Source of the DNA: Octopus sinensis
Taxonomy: Eukaryota
Assembly (NCBI RefSeq): GCF_006345805.1
Contig: NC_042999.1
Coordinates: forward strand, 33,976,001 to 34,040,000
DNA: 64,000 bases
Reading direction: 5' to 3'
The notes below the pieces were generated by a model that saw nothing but the letters and a program-made list of their open reading frames with translations, had not been told where the DNA came from and did no database searches. A program made the translations under genes and the position numbers. Each line of letters starts with the position of its first letter. Position 1 is the stretch's first letter. This document shows, piece by piece, positions 37,607 to 50,424 of this stretch.

Positions 37607-39209
37607 ATTTCTAGAGGAACTGTAATTGTTTAGGTTTGATATGCTATGTATGTGAGTTTCAGAGGAAATATCAACGGATATTTGAGGCCCAGTTCTTTTA
37701 GTGAATTTCAGGATTTGAAACGTGTGCCTCCCGAACAAAACGAGATTAATGTCGACAAATATTTCCTTGATGTAGTAAATGATTTTGTCTTTGAGATGTT
37801 GCCGTTCACAAAGCTGTAATATCTCATCAGAAACATATTTTAAGATCTCCATTGAATATGATAAATCAAATTTTTACCTTAGATACTAATGGTATTTTCT
37901 GGGTAGCTACAATAGGACATAAATCTTTCGTCACACATCTTGCGACCTCTTCAGCGAGTCTCCATCCCACGTGTTATCTCCTGTTAGAAATAATAACGTG
38001 AATGTGACTCATTTGAACTTGAAAATTCAGATTGATAGCTGTGATATGCAACAGATAAATTGGCAAAATTCTAGAGTAATATTACAGCGTTTCTAAACAA
38101 ACAAATATAGTACAGTATACAAATATTACGAAAATATATTTTTCACTTATTAGCGCCAGCATTATATAATAAAATCGTTATTTATCTTATTTTTTGTTCA
38201 TTTTTCTTTTCTCCTTTGTGAACTCCTACATAAAAATGAAAATAAAACAGAAATTATGTTGGCGAACATTTCGGGAGACTAATCATATAGGATATTACGT
38301 ATCAAATTGTACAGCTCTACTAGAAAGATTATAGATAATGAAACATATATGAAATAAATCTTTATAAGGTTCTATTTTTGATCATCGTTAGAAATATGTA
38401 TTAGGTTAAAGACAGCAGTATATATATATATACCACTGTAGTGTCGTATGCAATTAATACAACGATTTTTATCAGTTGGAAACATATCCGAAAATAAAAT
38501 AGCAAAATTACCATCCCATGTTTTCTTATTATTTGCATTATTTATGTTACATACACTGTTCTTTACCTATAATGATGCATACTCTTGCTTTCCTTACGAA
38601 AAGAAACTCTCTAAGAGCTAATTCAATGTGTTTATTGATTAATGTTATCTTGTGTTTTGTTAATAAGAAATACAGCCTCAGGATACGTACACAATTGTTC
38701 TCTTGGTACTAATTCAAACACTATGTTTTTCGCTATAATGGATATGTTTCAATAAAACAGTTCTTTTCAAAGATAATATAATATAAAGTTTATTCACCAA
38801 CGAATAAATGTGGCAGTCCTATACAAGGAAGATGTTACTGTGTCTTAGCCCCAGGAAACCATCTTTTCCAATTGGCTACAGACACACAGTATAGTATGTG
38901 CAAAGGAGGCCATCGCTTCCATCTCTACCCTTACGTGATACTCACAGACGTAGATATCTGGGTTAGTTACCCGTCCTAGTGTGAGCTAATCACCGGCTAG
39001 TGCAGGGGCTCTCCCCATTCGAAAATACTATTTATTTACTTAGTTACACACATTTCCTGATCTCGTAAAGAGAAAAAAAACAACTTGTTTTAAAACTCTA
39101 AGCGAGAGATAAGCAGTAAAAGTACCGAATACTAAAAATGTTACTGTCTTTCAGCCCCAGGGAAACATCGTTTCCAGTTGGCTACCTACACACAACTCAC
39201 AACTATATC

Positions 39210-39260
<51 letters not shown>

Positions 39261-39716
39261 TATATATATATGCTTCACTATGGATTAATTCATCTTTTCT
39301 GTGACTTCACTATGGATTAATTCATCTTTACTGTGAAGCTAATAAGTTTTTAAAAACCTGTGATAAGTCTGTGCATCATTCTCCTCATATCTCTGGAAAT
39401 TTAAATCTACACTATGGATTGATTCATCTTCTCTTCGAAACTCATAAGTTTTTTAAAAATCTGTGATAAGACTGTGCATCATCATTAAGGAACTTTGGAA
39501 AACTGTTTACAACCTATATCTGCCTCTAATGGAACTATCTCCAATATTTCATGAGTATAACCTCACCCACTAAGATGTCTAGAGAACTCAAATGTATTTT
39601 AGCTGATGAGTACGGGACACTTTTATCTGCTGCAATTTTTGCAACTTGTAATAAAGCCTGTCTTTGTATGAAACAATTGTACTAAAAACCAATCCATTCT
39701 TGTTGCTTCTTTTCTC

Positions 39717-39748
<32 letters not shown>

Positions 39749-40173
39749 GTATGGATAAATTCACGTATGTGTGTACATGTGCTTATAAGAATGTATTCAC
39801 TTATATGCGTATATGTGATATAGTTAAACTAGTTAAAAGTACTTAAAAGTATTTCTTTCCTTTATGGACACCCAGGTTTTATTCATTTGCTCTGAATACA
39901 AAATCAAACATATGCATTGGTATGCTATTAAATTCACTTATTAGAAAGAATATTAAAAATCAGTTAAAATTATTCACGTGCATAATAATCATGGGGAAAA
40001 TCAATATATACTAAAATTATTTTTTCATTCCATGTAGTGGGAAGGCAGTACTGCAAAAGATATTTTCAAGAAATTTGTCTACAGAAAAGCATGTGCAAAA
40101 TATTTTGATTTCTCTTCGATACAAATGTCATTTACAAAAGGCTCTATGACATGCACGCATTTAACACAGTTAC

Positions 40174-40241
<68 letters not shown>

Positions 40242-40382
40242 CCTTTCAGTACATGTTTATAAACTTGTATGAAATATGCACACACATAGCTTGCAAAATT
40301 GATAAACATTCCCATTCCATTTTTTTTATGATTTTATTATTCATGATGTGCTCGAACGTTATACATTCGGAATCAATATCCT

Positions 40383-41335
40383 TGTTACCGGCTCACAACC
40401 AATCTTCGTTGACATCGACAAGGTTTCTTTCAATCTACCGTTTGCGTTAGAGCAGATTTCTGAATTAATGTAACTCTGGTGGTAACACAAATCTCAATGA
40501 GGGAAGTGTTAAATCTGTTGGTGATGGTAACTATGGTACCAGTAACAACTGGGATTACTTTTGTAGAAACCCCTCACAGTCATCGTTTTTCTCTAGCCAA
40601 CCCCAAGTATTTTCCTATATTCTTCAGTTCTTTGACCACTACGTTCACGTATGCAGGTGCAGCTATGGTAATGTGCTCTTTGTTCACGCAGCCAGAAACA
40701 TATCTTTTTGACCGGGCATGAATTTTGCAATCAGTTTGTACATTAAAATCTCATAAAACTTTGTACTGGTCGTGCTCTATTACACTCGTGGTTGAGGTTC
40801 CTTTCATTTTCTTCCTACTTCAAATACTCTGTTTCGTATTATGTCTCAGTGTAATGCCTTCGCCACACAGTCATGACATGGTTTATGTTCCTTGTGTGCC
40901 AAACGACTACAGGAAATTCTTATGGGCATAACGGATTCCTCTTTCTCATTACATGCTCTGCAATTTGTACCCTTCCCTGGTATCTCTATTTCGACTATAA
41001 CGATTTTCATCCGCAATGACTGGCTTTGAACAGTTATTATGAGTCCTTCGTTTACTTCCTTAATATTTTCAATTCTCAGGTATAACCAAGACTGCTGCGA
41101 CAGCCTGCGTTTGTTTGAGATGCTGACCCTGTAGTTCTCGCTAGATGTTTCTCTCTCGAACCTGAATGAGTATTGTTGCTCAAAGACATCTTACTCATAT
41201 ATTTGTATCATTCAGTTTTCTTCTTGTTCTTCATTCTTTTCTCGGCCTTGGTGACCGTTTTCCATGTAAGCTCTTCGCGATCCCTTTTATGTCTCAGTGA
41301 TTTTTGTCTGAAGGATTTTGCTACTTTGTTGGAAT
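40383..41335 (-). mobile_element. R4/Dong-type RLE LINE 3' fragment
   Basis: SWLYLRIENIKEVNEGLIITVQSQSLR..NCRACNEKEESV..SCSRLAHKEH..HDCVAKALH*D..YKVL*DFNVQTD..STKVIPVVTG..IQKSAL. Confidence 0.85.
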
Positions 41336-41339
41336 AACT

Positions 41340-42550
41340 TTCTTTATTTTAGAAGTTCTATTGCAGTTGTTATTGCTGTAGGTGGTGCTTCTGCTGCTCT
41401 GGATGCTAAAAAAATTGCTGTTGATGCCCTTTTCTCAGCTGTTGTTGGTGATGTTGTGGCATCGTGTCATTGTTGTTGCCATTGCTGCTACGTTTGCTGT
41501 TGTTGGTGTTCGGTGGCGGTGGCGGTGATGATGTCGGCAGAAGGGTTGGTTTTCTTTACTATCAGCAAAAGGTTTTATTTTCCCACACAGGTGAGATCAC
41601 AGCATTCTGCCCTCAACAGGAAAGTGTATGCCATATTGTAGCGTTATGAAATTCGGGATGGACTCGACACTTGGTTGATTGGCTTGTATTGACAACTTCA
41701 TACCCTAACGTGTTCTGCTTCTCTATTCTTTCTTTTTCTAGAATACTGGTTTTCTCATCTATGTCGAGCAGAACTGCTGCCACCAACCAGTAGATATTGA
41801 TTTCTGGTGGTATATTTATTACCCTTATTTTCGCCACTCTTTGGCCAAGGTAGATGGGGATGATGAGTTCACAACTCTTAAATGTCGTAATTGAATGATT
41901 TTTGGCCTCTTCTATATTCATTTTGATTATATAAAGTTTGCTCTACCAAATTGGTGGCAGACATTTTTCAGTTTGCTGGTGGGTTGCGTATTCTATTCCT
42001 CTGTTCCAGTTGCTTTATACAGAACTCTGCCCAAATTAGTTTATTGCTACTTAGAACGAGGGGCATTCAATTACATATTGCACACTCTTCTAACATACGT
42101 TTTTCACTTTCAAATTCACTTTTAGCTTTAAAAATATCTTCCGTTATTTGCTGCATTGCACGGCGAAGCTGCCTATAGCAGATCTGTGTGGTTCGTTTTC
42201 TTTGTTCTTGCTACTTTCGTGAAGGACATTGCTGGTGGTGGGTTTAATGTTGGTGGTGATGGATATGGCAGTGTTCTCGTAGTGTTGTTTCTTTGTGTTT
42301 TCATTGATATCTTTTGTTGTTCTTGTGATGGTGATTGTGGTGCTGAGAAGAAACTATATTTCATATAAATCACGACCTGTATTATTTCTGTTGCTGCAGC
42401 TGACTTTTTCAATTTCGGTATTCATTTGCGCGGATTTCAGCAGACGAACAAACGTCGTCTGCTTTCTTTCTTAACCAAAAATTGAGGGACGGGTTAGGCT
42501 AAACAAAACCCAATATTTACTACCGATAGAAACACTAAATCCCAAGGGTC
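41340..42550 (-). mobile_element. L1/Tx1-like LINE 5' part (5'UTR and ORF1 relic)
   Basis: EEAKNHSITTFKSCELIIPIYLGQRVAKIRVINIPPEI..WLVAAVL is homologous to the ORF1s at 20301-20678 and 53382-53837. Low-complexity tail; 5'UTR hairpin. Confidence 0.7.
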
Positions 42551-42686
42551 TTAATTTATCTATATAACGCTGACAAATGTACAATATATAACTTTATGTG
42601 ACAATACAAATAAAAAAAAACTTATGGGAGTGATGTGCATTACATGTTGATAAACGAACAGTAGCAGCAAAAATAGCTACAACAGC

Positions 42687-42734
<48 letters not shown>

Positions 42735-42738
<4 letters not shown>

Positions 42739-42847
42739 CCCTGATGCAGTACCAATACCCTGATGCAGTACCAATGCCCTGATGCAGTACCAATGCCCTG
42801 ATGCAGTACCAATGCCCTGATGCAGTAAAATGCCCTGATGCAGTACC
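42735..42847 (+). repeat. six tandem 19-bp units AATGCCCTGATGCAGTACC
   Basis: Units start at 42735, 42754, 42773, 42792, 42811 (18 bp) and 42829. The unit equals the end of the element that follows. Confidence 0.95.
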
Positions 42848-43360
42848 AGGCAGTGGCTCTCATGGCTTCTGATCTTAACTGATTGGAAGTGTTATCATGT
42901 ACATTGTTTTGTCTTGGTATAAAAGATGGGCTACAGCAAATATTCTGCTCAATACCACAGATTTGCTTGTCAGTTGTTTGACCTTAACCAGTTGAGCATA
43001 TCCCTGTTCACGAGCAGAAGTAGTGGGGGAGCATCATAGCCACGTGTTGAGAGGGATTCTTTGGGGTTTGAATAATTCACCTCTGGAAACATGGGTGGTT
43101 CTTTCAACATCCTTAAACAACCCTTATTCAGGGACCTTTTGAGCGTGATGGGCTACTCAACCTGAAGAAAATTCTAACTGGGCCCCACCTGCAAGGTCAT
43201 GTGCTGTTTATCTTGATATGAGATCACCATGTCGCGCACATATGGTTGTGATGCATGTGCCTGGTGTACCCTTATCAGACAGGTAGTCATGATGGGTATA
43301 TTCGGGTTCGTATATTTTACCCCAGTGTCACTTTGATGGCATGCACTGCTCTCTCACTCA
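42829..43360 (+). mobile_element. ~530-bp non-coding (AAT)n-embedded element, copy 1
   Basis: Homologous end to end with 55010-55542 and, inverted, with 43752-44152. (AAT)n on both sides. No A/B box or recognisable protein motif seen. Confidence 0.85.
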
Positions 43361-43477
43361 ATAATAATAATAATAATAATCATTATTATTTATTGTCTTT
43401 ACATAGCTTCTAAGGATGGGGATGTACTGCTGTGTCAGCTGTTCACTACCAGTGAACTACAGTAACACATCTTCCAG

Positions 43478-43751
<274 letters not shown>

Positions 43752-44152
43752 TGAGTGAGGGAGCAGTGCAGGCCATGAAAGAGACGCTGGGGTGAAATAT
43801 ACGAACCCCATTATACTCATCATGACTACCAGCCATATGTGCGCGACATGGTGATCTCATATCAAGATTAACAGCGCATGATCTTGCATGTGGAGGCGCA
43901 ATTAGAATTTTTTCAGGTTGAGTAGCCCATCCCGCTCAAAATATCCCTGAATAGGGGCTGTTTAAGGATGATGAACGAAACACCCATGTTTCCAGACGTG
44001 AATTATCCAAACCCCAAAGAATTTCTTTCAACATATCGCTATGATGCTCCCCCAATACGTCTGCTCGTGATCAGAGATGCACATCTCTTCAGCCACAAAT
44101 GGACTTGCTCAACTGGTTATGGTCAAAGAACTGACAGGCAAATCTGTGGTAT
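43752..44152 (-). mobile_element. ~530-bp element, copy 2 (inverted, lacking the 5' ~120 bp)
   Basis: Reverse complement runs ATACCACAGATTTGCC..CTCACTCA, then (ATG)n. Confidence 0.85.
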
Positions 44153-44766
44153 AGGGCACCTATGACAACAGGTATTGTTTTAGTCTTGAAGTTCCACATT
44201 TTGCCAATTTCTATTTCAAGATATTTATACTTGCTCAGTTTTTAGTAGGTCTTGACAGATACATTTATATCGATTGGGACAGTCATATCAATGAGGAGGT
44301 ATGGTTTTCGTCTGAAGTCTTTCAATATAATGTCTGGCCCATTCGCATCTAGAGGGGTGAGATGCAATCATTTTCAAGCAGTGCAGGTAGTTTGTGTTCC
44401 CACCAGTTTTTATCATGGGGCAGGTCCAGGTTTTTGCAAATTACTCAGTGAATATTTTGTATTGCTCTATCATGCCTGTTGTGATACTCTGTAGGCGCAA
44501 GAAGACTGCACATGGAACATCATGATCAATGGTTTCATTTTGTTATTGACATACACGACAGGTTAAACTGTTCCTGTTCTTTATTATGTTGGCCTAGTAG
44601 TTTATTGTAGTTAGGCATTGATCTTGAGCTGCTATGATATACCCTCCTGTTTCTGATTTTAAGCTAGAAGACACGAGCCATTGATGGGTAAGGATTTTGT
44701 CAACGTCGGCAATATGAGCTCACTTTGGGTATTTGCCATTGAAAGGTTTTTCTTGACATTTATCAG
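44152..44766 (-). mobile_element. R4/Dong-type RLE LINE fragment
   Basis: EKPFNGKYP..DVDKILTHQWLVSSSLKSETGGYIIAAQDQCL..TCRVCQ*QNETIDH..EYHNRHDR..NWWEHK..NGPDIILKD..LLIDMTVPIDINV..KLSKYKYLEIEIGKMWNFKTKTIPVVIGAL. Confidence 0.92.
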
Positions 44767-44816
44767 TATTATTATTATTATCATCATCATCATAATTATT
44801 ATTATTATTATTATTA

Positions 44817-44885
<69 letters not shown>

Positions 44886-44970
44886 TATTTTTATTTTTAT
44901 TATTTTTATTTTTATTATTTTTATTATTATTATTATTATATCATTATCATTATCATTATTATTATTTTTA

Positions 44971-45007
<37 letters not shown>

Positions 45008-45012
45008 TATTA

Positions 45013-45043
<31 letters not shown>

Positions 45044-45088
45044 ATTATTATCATCATCCTCATCGTCATAATCATAATTATCATCATT

Positions 45089-45126
<38 letters not shown>

Positions 45127-45127
45127 T
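44767..45127. repeat. (ATT)n/(ATC)n mosaic
   Basis: Directly visible; reads (AAT)n on the sense strand of the adjacent LINE. Confidence 0.95.
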
Positions 45128-45246
45128 GACATCTCTATCTGATCGATAATAGGAAAATATTTTGATGATTAGTATGCAGAAATGATATTTGCACCGAAGC
45201 AATTTTAATCATTTGTACATTTATGTGAAACATATTATTGCGTCTG

Positions 45247-45528
<282 letters not shown>

Positions 45529-46107
45529 TCTTAAAACGGGTATCAGCACAACAATCAGCTCGAAGAATTGGAAGAATTTCGTAAAAACTATCTGTCTCTT
45601 TGCCGCAGGATATAATCTGTGTGAAAGCGAAGAAAAAATATATGTTCTTTTTTTCTACTTAAAGATGAATCTTGCACCGAGTTAGTGCCCACACATACAT
45701 AAGAAGCTCTTGAAGAAATTTCTAGAAAAATTTCCCAATCGAAAGAAGAAAATATATGGTACCATATACTACACATTCAACTACGAGGCACATTCAGAAG
45801 ACAGATAGGAATCGTTTGATTTGAGACAGTTCATAAGTTTGGTGTGAGTTTATGGAGCTAAGAGATACAAACATGAAGATAATTGAGACTGTAAAAGAAT
45901 GCGGATTGCGGTTGGTAGTCAGCTTTGTACTACAGCATGTGCGAATGTTTAAAATAGGGCGGACGTGATGTGACATGCTCAGATGTCATCCAAACAGATT
46001 TGTAAGTCTCAATATTCATCGGTGCCTTGAACCCTACCCAGCTGATGTCAGACAGGTTTTGAGATGAGGAGAGCGTTGGTGGAATGCAGAATGTACTGTT
46101 ACTATTT

Positions 46108-46510
46108 AGGCGTAGGCGTAGCTGTGTGTTAAGTAGCGTTTTCACCAACCACATGGTTACGGCTTCAGTCTCACTGCGTGGAACGTTGGGCAAGTGTCTT
46201 CTACTACAGCCACGGGCCGACCAAAGTCTTGTGAGTGGATTTGGTAGGCGGAAACTGAAAGAATCCCGTCGTATATATGTATATATATGTACGTGTGTGT
46301 ATATGTGTGTCTGTGCCCCCCCCCCAACATCGCTTGACAACCGATGCTGATGTGTTTACGCCCACGTAACTTAGCGGTTCGGCAAAAGAGACCGATAGAA
46401 TAAGTACTAGGCTTACAAAGGAGAAGTTCTGGGGTAGATTTGCTCGACTAAAGGCGGTGCTCCAGCATGGCCACAGTCAAATGACTGAAACAAGTTAAAG
46501 AGTAAAGAGT
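46108..46510 (+). mobile_element. SINE family A, full length
   Basis: Collinear with the other family A copies from head to (GTAAAGA) tail. Confidence 0.92.
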
Positions 46511-47451
46511 ATATTCAGGTGAATATATTTCAAATTCAGGTGAGTATATTTCAAATGATTTTTATCTGATATAAAACTATAAGACTAGGAAAGACAAGAA
46601 GAAAATTTCACTTTTCAAAGATGCCATGAGACAGCTCTTGGGACAGTAAAAGTAACACTTGTGCTCATTCCTATAAACAAATTAGCGGATACCATACTTT
46701 GAATGTGGCAAATAATAGCAGTGCTCTCTTGATTTGCAAGGAAGAGGACAGATGTGTTGCGTGGAATATATCCTTATTGTTGAGGAAAACGATCAAGAAA
46801 GAAAAGAAATGTCAGAAAAAGAAAACAAAGGGCAGCAGTGAAAACAAATGAAACGTGATTCATAAAACGACAGGTAGTTACTGGAATCGATATAAACTTT
46901 TAACCTTTTTTCCAGAAACTTTTGGCGTCAAACCAAAGTTAAACGTTTGTGGCATACGCTAGAAAATTTTATTTCGGGAGATGGATTAGAGAATATTTAC
47001 AGTGCTGAGAGACTTGTGTTTATACGTTCTCACTACGTTTTAAATTTAATTCCCGCAGTAATCATTCGCTTTCAATGCTATATTGTTTACAAAATAAAGT
47101 ACGTGTCAAGTATTGGAAGCTATGTAATGGACTGAGCCCTTCCGTTGAGGATAAATAATCAAATGATAATGATAAAGAGGTAGGTGCTTCAGTAGATTGC
47201 TGGAAAAAAATTATTTTACATCGTTGCTGCGGCACTGTATGTTCGGATATTAAATCCTTTCCAGACATATTTCCGCTATCATTATTTTGAAGGTGATAAA
47301 ATAAAGTACAGTAGAAGTAGTGGGGCCAATCGCATCCTTTAACCTAACCCCTCAAAACTGTTAGCCTTCTGCATATATCAGGAGCCGTTGCTATTATATG
47401 TGCATCGCCTAATGTCATGGCTGAATTTCTGTTGTGTAAGCGGAACAAGTG

Positions 47452-47525
47452 AAGACGTGTGGCCTAATTGTTAGGATGCAGCATTGTGTTCAGCAGCAAC
47501 GTACTTCATTTCACATTGCTCTACT
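47452..47525 (+). mobile_element. SINE family C head relic
   Basis: GAAGACGTGTGGCCTAATTGTTAGG..GCATTGTGTTCAGCAGCAACGTACTTCATTTCACATTGCTC resembles the minus strand of 5241-5497. Confidence 0.5.
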
Positions 47526-48059
47526 GGTTGGAGAGTGGCAGAATTGCTAACTCATCGGGAGATGATTCACGCTATATCTTCAAGATTCGGAATTCCAATC
47601 TCATCTACTCAGAGAAGACTAGTGGAAACCACACCAGTGTTCAGTCCAAGTCTAGGCATTGTTTTCTAAAGTTCCAGTAATCAGGGAGAGTACTTAGCCT
47701 CCCAGGTTCTATCGAGGGTGATGAAGTAGGTCCACATACGTAGAATGTGCTCAAGGTCAGGCCACCTCTAAACCTCACTAGAAACCGAACATATTATCGT
47801 CACATTCCTTTTATATCCATTGCAGATTGAAATATTCCTTGAAACATTCGCTTAAATTTTAAGATTTCAAGCTTTCTCTTTTTACCACCACTTACGATTA
47901 GTATTCTTTTTTTATTTTCTTTCCTCTGCGCATATATTTATTGAGAAAACGAGGAAAAATTAATGATTATGCAATAGCTAATTACATTTCTCAATAGTTT
48001 ACACGATAATAAATTACCGCGAAACATCCGTGATATCTTGCCAAAGATTCCGTTATTGT

Positions 48060-48145
48060 CCAACCAGGAGAGCAACGTAAAAGGAAGTGCTTTGCTCAAG
48101 AACACAGAAATTGTTGGTGACAGATTATTCTGAATCTTACACGAC
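48060..48145 (-). mobile_element. SINE family C relic
   Basis: GAGCAACGTAAAAGGAAGTGCTTTGCTCAAGAACACA matches 5385-5423. Confidence 0.5.
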
Positions 48146-48659
48146 ACAGAAATCTCATGCCATTAAACGTGGTTGTAACACCTTTTAGAGATAACTTCAT
48201 TCATAATTTCACCACAAATTCTATGATCGTTTATCATAATTATCGTAAATACAAAACCACGCACTCTTCAGTAATTATCAGGATAACTCTGTTTACACAG
48301 CAGCGTTTATCAATAATTATCATATATTTTTCGATAAAAATATTTCATAATCTATTTCAACGGTTTATTCTAAACTAAATTATGCTGAATTTTCAGAATG
48401 TGTAGATATATTTAGGAGCGACACAATGCCCAATATTTGATCGAAATTTTAATCAAAATGTCCTACGAAAGTTTCCAGTTCCCATACAGTACATAAAATG
48501 AACTACTGGCGTACATGTTAATTAAAATCAAACAACATACATATTTTCTTACATTGTAAAAATAACATTTCTTTTACGACTACAATTGATAAGCCGGCAA
48601 ATCAGTATGTTTCGATATACTTTAAATATCGATTATATACATTCTTCCGCCGCATTAAC

Positions 48660-48700
48660 CTACTACTACTACTACTACAACTACTACTACAACAACAACA

Positions 48701-48732
<32 letters not shown>
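48660..48732. repeat. (ACT)n/(ACA)n
   Basis: Directly visible. Confidence 0.93.
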
Positions 48733-48737
<5 letters not shown>

Positions 48738-48974
48738 TTGGCGACGTTGTTCCTGTTGTAGGGAAAGGATCTGAAGTTTGGAGGGGCCTTTTTAAGTCGA
48801 TTACAGTAACCACGGTGCTCGACTGACACCTATTCAATCATCTCCGAACGGCTATGCTAACTTCAGCAGAATTTGAACATTTAGATTAATGATATGCCGT
48901 TAAGTGTGCTAATCATTCTGTTAGTTCGCTGCGATTTTTTGTTCTTTAATAGTGTCAAAGTTTGGAACAGCAGT

Positions 48975-50125
48975 AGTAAATTTTTAAGTGCAGGGTTTAT
49001 TAGATTACATCGACTACAAGGAGGTGGTGGTAGTTTTTCTGTTGTTGGGAGTGTGAAAATTTTTTTCGGTAATGCACTGCGTTAGCCTTTTTTTCCTTGA
49101 GGTGTGGTGCAGTCTTTTGTTGCGTTACTGCATGAATTGTGTGTTGAGAGTGTAATACTTTGGTTTTTCTGGGTTGCTGGGGGGAGTTTATTTCACTGGG
49201 TAATTACTGTATAGAGTGTATCTTGTATTTGTGGGTTGTTTCGTTTAGGTTCTACTATTGGATTGATAGTGTCTTGCGTAGGACGTGGGCCGTTCCTGGC
49301 AATATTATTTTTTGGACAATGTGTAGTGTTAAGAATCCAGGTACAGCTACGATATTTTTATTCATAGCATTTTCTTATCATCCCCAATGTTTCACACGGT
49401 TTACCAGAGGTTGCTCCTTACAGCCATATATCCCTCTCCGGCAGCCTTTTGTTCTTCTGGTAAGACAGTGTTGTTTTCCAGGTGCTTTACAAGTCGGTTA
49501 TAGATGACTGATGTTAGGGTTTTGTAGGATGTTGATAGGCATGTTATTGGTCTGTTATTTCGTGGGTGTACGGTGACTTTTTTGGGGGGTAATAAGGGCG
49601 ATTTGTCCTTCCAGCATTCATTTTTGTGTTGATTCTCGCTCTCTTATCAATAAACTAAACGCTGCCGCTAAGTGGTTATGAGTACTGCTGAAATTTTTCA
49701 ACCAGAAGTTAGGGACCTTGTCTATCCCTGGAGATTTCCAGTTGCCGGTACTCCTCAGTGTATCCATGTTCACTTGGCCTGTAATGGTAGACCATATCTG
49801 TTGTCCTATTCTGATCTTCCTTTCCTTTTCCCTACTAATCCACTGAGCATTTTTGCAGTCTTTTTGGCGGTTTGCTCCATATTGCTGCCCAGTATGACTG
49901 AATCGCTGATTTTGTTAGCAACGCATCTATTGGTATAGTTTTTTTCATTACGTTTATATAAAACATTTTGCATTTATTTTGAATGCTCTATTTTGTTGGA
50001 ACAAGCATTCCCGTTTTTCATACCGTTTTATGCTGCTAGGTTTTGATGGTATGCTCTGTTTCATTTTTATTGTTTTACCTCCAAGGTATCCTCTTTATCA
50101 TTTGTTATATTGTTTTGTTACATGG
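48975..50125 (-). mobile_element. R4/Dong-type LINE with a large internal deletion
   Basis: RT N-terminal part NWKSPGIDKVPNFWLK..RPITCLSTSYKTLTSVIYNRL..LPEEQKGCRRG..GCKEQ is joined near 49390 to the C-terminus GMI..VQKIILPGTAHVLRKTLSIQ* plus UTR. Confidence 0.88.
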
Positions 50126-50127
50126 AC

Positions 50128-50136
50128 CTATTTTTC

Positions 50137-50199
<63 letters not shown>

Positions 50200-50216
50200 C
50201 ATTATTATTATTATTA

Positions 50217-50249
<33 letters not shown>

Positions 50250-50325
50250 CATATTCATCATCATCATCATTATTATTATTATTATTATCATTATTATTAT
50301 TATTATTACTATTATTAATATTATT

Positions 50326-50368
<43 letters not shown>

Positions 50369-50403
50369 CCATCATCATCATTACTATTATTATTATTATT
50401 ATT
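50128..50403. repeat. (ATT)n/(ATC)n mosaic
   Basis: Directly visible. Confidence 0.96.
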
Positions 50404-50424
50404 ACAAGATCTAAAAATGATATG

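Noticed and set aside
39603-39630. CTGATGAG as a hammerhead core
   Set aside because: No GAAA follows a closable stem II.
42735-42847. CRISPR-like array
   Set aside because: The units are contiguous with no spacers, the context is eukaryotic, and there are no cas genes.
43968-44165. 65-aa ORF as the coding region of the ~530-bp element
   Set aside because: It is antisense to the inferred polarity, shows no recognisable motif, and the track reports no equivalent ORF in the other two copies.
45900-46100. Possible RTE relic (R..W.GH-like traces)
   Set aside because: The resemblance is too faint and ambiguous as to strand.
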